This document shows, piece after piece, positions 1 through 11,700 of a stretch of 64,000 nucleotides of DNA. Below the pieces are notes generated by a model. It was not told the origin of the DNA. It made no database searches and was given only the letters and a program-made list of their open reading frames with translations. Where the stretch lies: contig OU015566.1 of NCBI GenBank assembly GCA_907165135.1, forward strand, positions 13,702,001-13,766,000, in the 5' to 3' direction. How positions within the stretch are numbered: position 1 is the stretch's first letter; the number at the start of each line of letters is the position of its first letter. Position numbers and translations under genes: made by a program. The stretch comes from Oikopleura dioica. Lineage: Eukaryota > Animalia > Chordata.

Positions 1-106
1 GCGGCTTTGTTGAAAAAAACCGCAAGCGGCTTTTCATTTCTGTTGGTTCAGAGCCTGATTGAGGCTTTTTACACAGGTTTTCGAGCCCAGAACTTTAGTT
101 TTTGAG

Positions 107-3100
107 CGGAATGAACCCGAATATCTACTGGATCGCCAACTACTGCTGGGACATCCTTATCTTTCTCTTCCCAACTGCCCTCTCAATCGCGATCTTCGCC
201 CTGTTCCAGAGCAATGCTTATACAGGCAAAGATAATATTGGAAGCTTGGTTCTTTTGTTTATCCTTTTTGGCCTGGCTGCGACCCCGCTGATGTACCCAG
301 CTACGTATCTGTTTGATAAGGAGGGTGTTCTTATCGGCAAGTTCTTATCGAACATGTTTCTTGAAGCGTTTTTAGTTATGTTCATTCGAGGAAAATATTT
401 AGGGATAAGTTGATGGAGCGGGAGATAGGAGATTCTTATTCATATCGCTGCGTAAATATACTAAGCTGAGGGTTCTCCTTAGATTTTCGACGAAAAATGG
501 ACAAGGGTAGGCCCAAGATTGTAGAAAAAACTTCGTTCATCGTGCCCAAGATTGTCAAATTTTGAATTTTCGCGTTCTAATTGGACAATTTCGTGCAGAA
601 AATCGACTATCTAGAGCTAGAATTCGATAAGCTCGAGAAAGAATCGCAATGTTTAGCCAACAATCTTGGGGATGACCTTAATTTTGTATATGTATGGCAC
701 TTAATTCTGCTGTTTTTGTGATCAGAATTCAAGTGCTGAATATTTCGCATTACAAAATAATTGAAATTATTTATTTTGAAAACCATCATCACTTTTTTCA
801 CTAACTCAGTTACACGCTTGACCTAAATTCGAAATTTCGGAACACTTACTATAAGCCTGCTACTGCATACGTCGCCCTAACCGCGTTCAACCTGTTTATC
901 GGAATCAACACAACGATTGCGGTTTCCGTCATGATGAGCATCGCTGAAAGGTCAGTACCTGCCCCATTAGTGCATCGAAGTTTATTTTGCATCTCATTTT
1001 ATTTTTGGCGTTTTTTCAGTGATCCGGATTTGGAAGATATCTACATAATTCTCGACAACGTGTTTTTGATATTTCCGCATTTCTGCCTCGGCCGGGGCTT
1101 GATGGAAATGGCCATACAACAGGCTTACCTGGACGCGTACGCCGAACTCGGGTTTGAACAAGAACGAAAGGAGCCGATTTTAGGCACGATTGGCTTTCCA
1201 AAATGCATTCGTCGAAACTCGGCCCAGACCATAATTTTTAATTGAGCCACTCACTTCCGAAAAGGGTAATCCTTTTTCAACACGGTTTTTTCTATTACCT
1301 AATGCTCAAGAAAGAAGCAGAAAACTTGAATAATTGAGTATAAATATGTAAGAAAAGGATGTAAGAGGCTTTCTAAATGGTTTATTCCTGAATGTCTAAT
1401 AGATTTATTTTACAGTTGAAAAGGGTCTTGCTTCCGTTAAGGGTAACCCACAAAAAACAGCTTCTTCTGCTTTAGACGGTCTGGCTTTATTTAATGCCAA
1501 CTTACTTCATTTTTGGCAAGAAAATTTTATTATATGATTCAAAAAACACTTAAACAGACTGTTCTGGTACTGTACCAAGATGAATATCCACGGCCCATGG
1601 GCCATATTATTTATTTGAATTCAAAAAGACTAACAGCGGACTAATTCTTAAGTCAAATTTTGTGTCATTTTAAACAAAAGTAATGCATAAAATTGATGAA
1701 AAGTAGACTAATTCACAGAATCAAATTAATTGTAACACAGTTTTCAAAATTTTCATAACTACTCGGAAAGCTTCATAGTATTTGAAGTAATTATGGAAAC
1801 ATCATTTAGAGAAGATATTGAAAAGGTCAATAAAGTGACAATTTAACGAAAGCCAAAATCAGCATTTGAGTACAACGGTCGCTGCTGCCTGGCCATGGCG
1901 ATCCAAACTATCGTTTTCTTCTCTTTGGTGCTCTTTATTCAACATCGTTCTACGGCGAAATCAACATCAAAAATAGTCACCCATAGCAGTGGAAAACTGG
2001 AAGAATCGGACGTGGCAGCAGAGACCGCCCGCGCGCACGATGAAAACAACAAAGACTTACTCAGGATTAAAAAGCTGACAAAGCTTTTCCAACAAAAGGG
2101 AGGAAGCGGGACTTTCACGGCTGTTGATGGGATTTCTTTGTCCGTACCGAAGGGCGAGTGCTTCGGCCTTTTGGGAGTTAATGGAGCGGGAAAGATAAGG
2201 GACAAAGATAGATATGAATGAACGAGAAGCTTGAGATGGTGGAAAGTTTGACAGCTTTGGCGACTAGTTTTGACAACTTCGAATTACCACGGCTCAAACT
2301 TCATCTTTCATCGAAAATCTTTGATCCTTTTTGAAGACCACCACTTTCAAAATGCTCACCACCGACTTGGCCCCCTCCTCCGGCGATGCCTTCATCAACG
2401 ACTTATCCCTCGTCCAAAGTCCCGACAAAACCCGTCGCTTCATCGGCTACTGCCCCCAATTCGACGGCCTCAATTCCGTCCTCACCTCCGCCGAACACAT
2501 TCGCTACTACGCCAAGATCCGCGGCATCAAGAAAAACGAGCTGAAGGACATGGTCGAATGGGCTCTCCACGAGCTGAATCTGACGGAATATCGGAACATT
2601 CCAGCAGGAGAATATTCCGGCGGGAACAAGCGAAAACTCTCCACTGCCATTGCCTTCACTGGAGCTCCGGAGGTGATTTTGTTGGATGAGCCAACAGCTG
2701 GTGTGGATCCAAAAGCACGGCGATTTTTATGGGACGTGATAAAGCGCATGGTAAAATTTGCTTTCAAAATATGATGATTACTCTTCGTTCCTTTTTTTAG
2801 GTTCAAAAGGGCCATGCAATTGTACTCACTTCACACAGGTACTGTCCAAAAAAAAGATTTATTGGTGCTTTCGGAACAAATAGAGAGAGAGACCCTTAAC
2901 CCAATTTTTTAGCATGGAAGAATGCGAGATCCTCTGCGGGCGATTGGCGATCATGGTGAATGGGAGCTTCGAGTGCCTCGGCCAAGGGTCCGAAATGAAC
3001 ACACTTAGCCACGGTTAATCTCACTCGATCCAACTCGTGAGGAGTGTCAAGTGGATCTTTCTTTTCTGAAGGATGAGTAACATTAGTGAAATTCCCTGAT

Positions 3101-3751
3101 TTTCTGACTAACTACCAGTAGTTGTTCATTCGGTAAATCAAGCTCCTCTCAGCACTTGAAAGCCAAATACGGGGAAGGATACATTGTTGCCATACAAGGA
3201 GAAAGAAGCAAGCATGACAGTATCATCAACGGCCTGAGCGAGCATTTCGCTGATGTGAAAGTAACTGAACAAAGATCCAACAACCTTCAGGTACCAATCC
3301 CGGGAGGTGTCTGGAACCGACAAAAAAATTTCGACAAATTTTGCGTGGAAATTTTCAACCAATCAGAAGCCTAGATTCGGAAAACTGGCCAATCCCCAGC
3401 CGAGTAGCCGCCCACGCAAATTTTGTCGAAATTTTTTTGTCGGTTCCAGACACCATCCCACAAATCCATCCCCAAAGCCGATTCTCCAACCTCCCACTTC
3501 AGCTTCAACTGGTAGAAATGAACAGCCTGAAAACCCTGTTCTCATCCCTCCAAGAGATGAAAAAACAAGACCTTTTGACCGACTACAGAATCTCCCAAAC
3601 CACCCTTGACGACGTTTTCATCTCTTTCGCCAAGCGACAAGGGAATGAAAAGACCAAAGCTGAAATCAACGAAGAGGATTTCCAAGTCGTAGAAATTCCG
3701 CCGAAAATTTCGGAAGCTGAGAAATCCGGGAGTCAAGAAACCAATTTCTAG
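107..3751 (+). CDS. ABCA: ABCA-subfamily lipid transporter (ABCA1/4/7-like), 3' portion; gene starts upstream of the window
   Basis: Hand-spliced exons 107-320, 856-~950, ~1020-1183, 1863-2194, 2337-2748, ~2801-2838, ~2913-2987, ~3141-3290, ~3500-3751. They give [23 protein letters not shown], Walker [16 protein letters not shown], signature [14 protein letters not shown], Walker B ILLDEP, TSHSMEECE and [12 protein letters not shown]. Confidence 0.96.
3306..3454. mobile_element. 149-bp MITE-like foldback element in the last ABCA intron
   Basis: 43-bp terminal inverted repeat GGTGTCTGGAACCGACAAAAAAATTTCGACAAATTTTGCGTGG with one mismatch. ATCCC occurs on both flanks but no clean TSD. Confidence 0.8.
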
Positions 3752-5061
3752 CGCTTCGGAGCTCTCTCATTTCTAGTCTAGTTCAATTTTAATTCTTCAA
3801 AAAACGACCTGTACATGTGTGTGAATAAAACGATCATTTTTCTAGATTCTCGAAATAGCCAATTTCTTCCAGACGAATCAAATCATTTCGAAAAAAATGA
3901 AAAAAGCAGATTTGTCAATTTCATTTTTTAAGAAAGAGAGAGATGGAAAATAAGAAGATTTATCTGAAGATTACCGGAAGTCGTAAAAGTAAGAAAGGGT
4001 TTTGCTATTGAAGTCTTTATCTTGTAAAAATTGATTAACGAGGTCGAAAAGAACAAAATTCTTGAATTCTTAATTTGCTTTTTGTTTTTTCACTTCGTTT
4101 ATTGATTCTTGAAAGTACTCGACTAAATTAATAAATTTTAAAATCCAATTTTTTGTGAGGAAATGCGATTAAAATGAAAAGCGTGGGCGTTTATCACAAA
4201 AAAGGCGCGCTCACGTGACTTTATTTCGAGAAATAAACGTGACGGGTCACTTCCGCTTTTCACTATTTTACGAGTGCGCGTTTTTTGAAGAAAAAACTGG
4301 GCAGCGTCGGCAGATCGCCCGGGGGCGGACGGGTTCTGCCCCGCGGCGCGAGAGAATGATAATTGATAGAACGAGAAATCATCAATTCAAAAGAGAGATT
4401 TTTTTCTGGGTCGAAATTTGGGCACACGGCTCTCTCTCTCTCTCTATACTTTTTCCGTGTAAATATTTGAGCACTCGCTACTAACTGGACCGGCGCACTC
4501 GCCCCAGGCAACAGCTTTTTCGTATTTTTGATGATTTTTTCAAAAATCTTGGATCTCCACATTCCTGGGCGATTGCGCGCGGCTGAGAGAGAGACGCTGA
4601 TTCGCCCATTTGTAAATTTAACCGTTTATAATAACTCAATAGTAACTTCATTCATTAGTTGCCCCATTTTTACGAGTCGACAGTTTACGAATCGTAGCAG
4701 ACTCGATTTGGACTCGCACCAGTGCCCTTAGAGAGAGCGTTTATTCCTAAAGAAGAGAGATTTATTCATAGAAAAACCCATTTTTAACAAAGAACTCGAT
4801 AATTAACGAATTATATTTTACTATTTCCTACATTTGAGGAGCATTTTACGGTCATTTTTCATTAAAACCGACCCTTTTCGACCTTTTTTCGGTATTTTTT
4901 CCATAAAAACGGCCTTTTTTAATGAAAAAATAGTTTAAAATTGATAGCTTTTATGATAAGCCATGGACTTTCAGTCGAAAAGGGGCAGGTTTTTGTCAAA
5001 ATGACCGTAAAAACTCCCGGATTTAAGAAAAGCGGACAGATTTAACTTCAATAAAACCCAT

Positions 5062-5130
5062 TTTCCGGCGATCTTTATTTGCCGAAATCCCGGAAATCCA
5101 AGGATTGAAGTAACTAAAGATCGCCGGAAA
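5062..5130. repeat. Short perfect inverted repeat (hairpin or mini-MITE)
   Basis: TTTCCGGCGATCTTTA (5062-5077) and its exact reverse complement TAAAGATCGCCGGAAA (5115-5130). Confidence 0.7.
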
Positions 5131-7914
5131 TCAGGGTAAAACAGTTCTAGATGAATTTCCTTTTTGGAAATTTTTTTCTAGAATTGTTGTCGTTGAGTTG
5201 GATCCAAGAGAGGATTCAGTTCAGTTCGACTTTTTCGGTTTTGTCGATTTTCGATTTTGAGAATTTTAAATTTGAGATGATTTCCGTTGAGTTTCTTTAG
5301 AACTCCCCATAATGAAAGCTCTTTGTTATACGCAAACAACGGGCGTGTAAAGAGAGAGAAGGGCCCTATTTGGCTAACTGGCCCTGTGCTACTCTACCCC
5401 CTCCCTCTATCATCTCAGCAACTCACTTCTTCGCTGCTCCTGCCCCCCGCTCAGAATTTTTCCCATTTTTTTTGAAGAGACTTTCGCCAAACATTCTTCA
5501 CTCGCCGCGGGGAGAGAGAGGCATGCCCTGAGGCATGAGAGCTTAGCTAAGGGTCGAGAGGAGACAATCGCGGCCACCAGGTGAGGTCAGTTGCCAAATC
5601 CTGTCCACAAAGGCACCTTGCCAGTACAACTAAGAAGAAAATTGCGCATGTAAAGCGCTATTTACAGAAAGAGATGGACTTTCTTACTGTCACTGGCGGA
5701 GGGAAGAAAGCCTAGACGGGTGTTTGGGCACACTTTTTAATCATCCAAAGACCTTAACATCCGCTTGGTTTCTTCACACCGCCTGTTGACTCGAACGACG
5801 AAAACGAACTGGAAAATAAGGGTATCAACTTCGAGAGAAATCAAAAAAGAGAGACATTTTTCCCACTATCTAAGAGTAGTACTACGCCTCGTTGTCAATC
5901 TATTTGGAGGCACTTTTTCCCTCGGGGCCAGCTCGCTTCACAATTTCACCAATCGCCACCCACGCCATTTTCTAACCGACTCACCCGCCGCAGGCCCAGA
6001 CAGCAGCATCGGCCCAAGGCGCGTAGTAGCGAAACTAACGCATGTTTTTCCATTTTCTTTTCGGCGCTTTGTGAACAGAAATCCAAAGAAGTGGTTCTAG
6101 CTGTGTGATCGTGAGCGCCCGAGGCGAGAGCCCCTTCTGATTTCTGTTTCAAAAGCGTCGTCAACTCGACGATAAATTTGAAGCTCAAAAGAATCATCAC
6201 TCGATTTACGGCCTTTGTTTGATTTCGAAAATAAGGGACTCCCAAACCAAGAGCCCGAGCGCACCCGTTTCCGCCGAACAATGACAATAGGGGGCAGCGA
6301 GCATTGTCCCCATAAGTGGTTTGTCCCGAATAAAGAACGAAAAATGGCCAGAGAAGAAAGCGAGATAGAGAGAGAGCGGGCCGTTTATCTCGCTGGCCGG
6401 CGACTAAGGGTGTCTCTCCTAGTCGATATTATCGATCGTAAAAACTTTCGTTTTTTTTTATCCACCTTTTTTTCAACTCAAATTCCCACCTTGGGAAAAG
6501 AGGGGGAAGCACGCTTTTCTTCCTTCACCTTTCTCCATCACCTGAGGTATCTACGAATTACGATTCTAGAGCCGGACTAGGTAAACCACGGATTGCTTAG
6601 GGGCCGATTCGAGCTTCCAACTCGCAAATCGATAATTATAAAAATGCCCATCCTAAGCAAAACGGAAATTACCTGCTTCGCCCTCAGGTGCACTCGACGC
6701 AGAAAGCGTGCTTCACTCGCCTTGGGCGGTTTTTTTTTCTGTAGAAGGGGAAGTGGGGCCACCCACTGAGAGATGAGAAGATGGAATTTCCTCCGCCGGT
6801 GGAAGCGCTCCCGGATGGAGCGGTATGCAAATGGAATTTGCAGAGTCTGATAGTGAGATAAAAACCCGATCAATCTCACTAGACAGAAAACGAGAGAGGC
6901 GAGTACAGTCAGTTCTTCGATGTGTTAGCTTAACCCGTCGTAGTCAGGGCGACGGAACCGCGTCAAAGGGCGGTTGAGGCAGAACCCTGCCTCCTGATAA
7001 ATGCCTTTTCATTGACTAGACAACAAAAGTTGGGACTGGTTGTAAATTGGAATGGATGGATCGCTAGAGTCTCAATTTTACGGACAATCAGCGTTTTAAC
7101 GAGCTAGATCTTTTATTAATTCCTTTTTCATTTTTATTGTCAAAATAAAATGCTTCTCACAAGCTTGATCGGGCATAAAATTACCAGACGACCCATTGAT
7201 GCTCTGACTGTCGAAGGAACGCCCTGCTTTACTGTAATTTACTGCAAGAAAAACGAAAACGAAGGTTCTCTTCTGAAATGTTTATTATTTATCTTTACTG
7301 AAATGAGTTTCATTCATTTTTTCTTCTTTATATACAGGAAGTTCGTGGAATAGTTTTTTTTTCGCAAATATTTTTTCTTGGTACACGAAAAAGTTACAAT
7401 GTGGCAGTTACAGTTGGGCATGTTTCTTATTTAATCTTTGTAGAGATAATAAATTGGATAAAAATTAAATGAAAAGAGGAAAGGTTTGGAGGGAGAGTTA
7501 CAGTATTTCTTGTTTTGGGCTACCTGTAGTTTCGTTTTTGAAATTAGCTACTGTTTATATTTTAATATCAACTGCGTTTTATCGACTTGTTTTTTGGTTA
7601 ATCCGACTTCCTGTGGAGCTGTGGATACAGTGAGTTTTACTAGCTGACTGTATGTTCGTAAACATCAAGAAAGCAGGTTCTTGAGCAGATTTTTCTCCAA
7701 GAATTAACAAGGAAAAACCCAGAGAGTAAAATTTAAGGGTGTCACTTTGTAAAGTCTTGAAGAAAATGCTGCACTAGAATCTGAACCTTGATGTTTACCC
7801 TCTTATTAGCAAATAAAGGTAGGCTAGGATTCATATTTTTAGGTTCATGTATTACGCATTTTGAAATATTTCAATGATGAAGTCTGATAAAAAATGAAAT
7901 GAGAATAAAAAGCG

Positions 7915-10900
7915 TTATGGAATGAATGCGAGTAAGCGTGCGAGCACTGGCGACGCATCCTGACGAGAGGCGGCCATTAACGAAAGCCGATCTTCGAAGC
8001 GGCTGATCATTGGGACGATGTCTTTTTCGCCGTGGGAAACGGATTGTTCTGTCAGGCAGAGGAGGATCGTTGCGGCGTTGATTCGGACGGCGCGGGTGAG
8101 GCAGTCCTCCCGATCGTCGGTGAAATCGTCGAAGAGGAAGTGACCGGCGTTTTGGAGGAGAACTCGGAGACCTGCAGGAGGCTGGGGAGGACCGGCAGCG
8201 ATCATCACTCGCTTAGCGACGGGCTGGTTTGGCTCGGTCTTTGCAGCTCCTAGGACTCATGAAAAGGCTGAAAGATTGAGCGTTATTTTACCTTCTTCAG
8301 TCGTGCGTTTCTGAGGCAAGAGTTTTCCGTTGACAGGAGTTCCATTTTTCTGCAAAGATTCCTAAAAAAACGAGTTTTTCCGTGGCTGAAATCAAGGAAG
8401 AGTACCTTTTTCTGACTCTCGTCATTTTCTTTGTCCGAGTGGCTTTCGGATCCGTTTTCCACGGGCAGAGCTTTCTCTGCTTCTGACTGTGATTTCGACT
8501 GTAAAACTGCTGATGCTTCTTTTTCCTGAGAGGACGTTCCGTTGACGGTTTTTTCGGGAATGGGCTCGAGTTTTGGCTCCATTTTTGGTTTCACTTTCCC
8601 GACGCCGCCACCAACCGAGTCTAAGCTGTGGTTTGAGTCTGAAGTTGAGTCTATAATAAGTGATCTACACGGGACATCCTCGCTAGAAAAATTACCTTCG
8701 TCGACTTCCGAGATGCCATTTGCCACTCCGTTGGAGATTGGAGAGGCCACGCCATTGGAGGGGGTCGAATTGCCGTTCGAAGAGGGACTGGGGCTTGTAG
8801 CATGGCCATTGGAAATTGGGGGGACAATCGGTTCATCCTTGAAATCCCCTTTTTTCATGCGAATGCCGACGAAGCTCTGTCGATTGTGGCTGTCGTTTAG
8901 CACCTGGGTAGTAGGAAAAATCTCCCTCACGAGTCGGGTAAAGCCGGAAACGTCGAGAACGGGGGTTCCATTCACGCCTGCAATTTTCAATTCTTGCGTG
9001 GCTTTGGTTGTGTATTCAGTGAAGACGCCCGAGCGGGAGAGCAGCTCGTTTTCGTCGCCGAGTTCGATGCGTTTTCTGATGAAAGCACGGGCGAAATTGG
9101 CAGATGCGGCTTGGATTTGGGATTGGTCTTCTTTCAGGCCATTTGCGACTAGAAAAGGTAGAAATAGAATTGGGAAAATGAAGTGGGAAAAGCTACCTTG
9201 TCCTACAGGTCGCAGTTTTTGAGGAGTTTGGGACTTGGTAGCATTACTGTGAACTTCTTGTTGTTGGGGACGGAGAGCGGCTTGCTTGGCAGGAGAGGAG
9301 TGAACAGAGTTGTGAGGAGTTGCGGGATGGGGAGTTTGAGCTTGAGGTTTTTGAGAATTCGGAGCGGAGGAGTTGGCTCCTTGGAGCGGCGCGGAGGTGG
9401 CGCGAAGAAGACGCGGCAGACGAGGAGTCACGATCAAAGGATAGTGAGTTACTTCGCCGTGCCGAGGGCCGAAGAATTTTAACTTGCTGAAAAAAGAAAT
9501 GGGGCTCGATGAGAGGGAAACTGAGCTACCTGAAGTCGCAATTTCGACTTGAAAAGGAGAGCAAATCGACGAGGACAGCGATGTTCTCTGCTTTGACCAT
9601 CGATCTGGCCATTGGACTCCTGGCAATAGCGACTAATGCCTCTAGCGTCGCCACCAGCAAATCGCAGTCAGGAAGTGTCAAGTTCGGAATGATCATTTCC
9701 GACATATCTGGCAAGTACTCCAGCAAAAGTTCGGCTTTTTTCTGAAGAGTCTCGAGCGTTTGCGTTTCTTCCTCTGCCGGATCGGGGGTTTCTTCGTATT
9801 CTTTGCCGTTGTCGTAGACTGTTTGCTCGAGAAGAGAGGAGTAGATTTCCAACACGCGGATTTGAATGACTTTATCGGAGCGACGCATCAATCGGACGAG
9901 CATTTCGAGGATTAGGGACATGTATGGTTCGTCGATCCAAACTGAAGAAGAAAATTGAGAAACTATCCTATGAGAAGCTGCTTTTTACCTGGGAGTTGGA
10001 CGTTCTTATCAGTCTTATCGCTCTCCAGCAGCATCGACAGCGTCTCGAGAGCTTGCTCAATCAATCCAGTATTCTCCGAACTCAGGGCACAGCGAAGAAG
10101 AAAGCAGAAAACTCGCTCGTTTCGTCGGATAATATGCGTGTCGAGGCGATCCTGGACGATGTTTCTGAGGATGACCAGGACTTGTCGGATTCGCTGGCCT
10201 TCGCGGTCCTTTTCTCCGAGAAGGAAGGGCTCCTCTGATTTCAGATGAGGGGGAATAAAGTCGGAGTAGATGCCGAGGAGGGGTTTTAGGTCGTCGTTTT
10301 CGCTCAAAACTTCGTCCCAGTAATGCGTCAAGCTACAATTTTAAAAATTATGCTGATATTTCATCAAATTTTTCCTCAATAAATGACTGAAAAACATCTA
10401 TTACTCACAATAGTTTGGAATTGGCCTGCCATCGTTGGCTCAACTCGCAATCGTGATCTTCTGGGACTCCTACATGAAGCATCAGAGCATCGAGAAGGTG
10501 TGGGCAGCGCTCAAGACGCAGTCGTTTTTGTCTGTGATCGGAGCAGTAGAGCAGAAGAGTGTTGAGGATGAAGTTGACTTCGTTGGGTAAGCAAGAGTGG
10601 AGGGAATTGATGATTTTCCATTCTGGCGGGTCAGGTTTGTACTGAAAAGGAGGCTCAAAAGGGGGCGTAGAAGATACGCTTACCAAGGACTGAAAATTCG
10701 GGTCGAAAGACGAAGCCTGCTCTTGGAACATCCTCCTCCTCACGTGACGATCGTAAGACTGCGAGTACGAGTCTTCCCTGACCTTCCTCGGTTCGGAAAG
10801 AAAATCAAGCGCTCCTCTATTCGGATTCTGCTCTTCTTCGTCATCATCTGCTGGATCTTCTCCGTAAAGTTGCAGTCGTTCGAATGACTAAAAATGCTCG

Positions 10901-11700
10901 TTATATAAAACCTTTTATCAATCCTGATCAAAAATGTGATTAACATGATTGTAAAATCGAATTTGCGACCGGCGGGTATGTAAATGTAAATTCGTAATTG
11001 AATAAAATGTAAATTGCGCATTAGATGAAAGTGAATTTGTTTTACCTCCAAATATTGCTTGTAGATTTTTCTGAGGCCATAAGCAAGCGTTGCGGATGGT
11101 GGAGTCAGATTAAATGCTAAAAATGGAAAGCATAAATACAAAATTAAATGATTCAAAAATAGAAAAAGGAATGAAGGAATGGTTGTTTTTACCTTGAAGA
11201 ATATCTTGCCACTTATCTTCTTGGCTGAGCGTGTGACTACCACCTGTTTCGGGTTAAAAATTGGGGAGAAAAATTCTAGATACAGAATTGAAAACCAAAA
11301 GACAATTAAAATAAAAAAGTCTTATAAATTATTTTTGAAAAAATTAAGGGAACAGAACAACTTATCAGTGTTATCTTTTGTGAATTACATGTTAGGCCAA
11401 TATATAATCAATTTGATGAATAAAGTATAAGCGCTTAATTTTTCTTGACCGAAAGTAGCCTTACTGCTGTCCTATATTTTTCAGCGCGCGTTTGAACTTT
11501 TTTTATCTGGGTGTCAGAAAGTTCAACTCCGAACGCAGCGCGCTCCACTATTTTAACCCTTTTCCTAATTTGGTGACTCTTTCAAACAACAAGTACAGGC
11601 TCACGGGCTTTCCCGCCAAATTCGGGTCCCTCGGCGGCGGCATCTTCCCCCGATCACGATAGTACGCATCTAGGCTTCTTGCGAACTCTGTCCGATCCAT
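7915..11700 (-). CDS. ARID2: AT-rich interaction domain protein 2 (BAF200, PBAF subunit)
   Basis: Spliced ARID domain MDRTEFARSLDAYYRDRGK...LYLLFERVTKLGGSHTLSQEDKWQDILQAFNL...YGLRKIYKQYLE. Also SLHSCLPNEVNFILNTLLL (ARID2 ARM region), an RFX-like winged helix (FTEY...GFTRLVREIFP...FVGIRMK) and a C-terminal AVRINAATILL...FEDRLSLMAAS...ASPVLARLL motif. First intron 11244-11564 is GA-AG. Confidence 0.9.

Noticed and set aside
511-670. CCCAAGATTGT twice plus one inverted copy in an ABCA intron
   Set aside because: Only 11 bp with no TSD; too short to call an element.
5765-6879. Several 100-120 aa ORFs on both strands
   Set aside because: No recognisable domains or consistent exon chain; probably chance ORFs in GC-richer regulatory DNA.
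8542-9222. 226-aa + strand ORF
   Set aside because: Antisense shadow of a low-complexity ARID2 exon.
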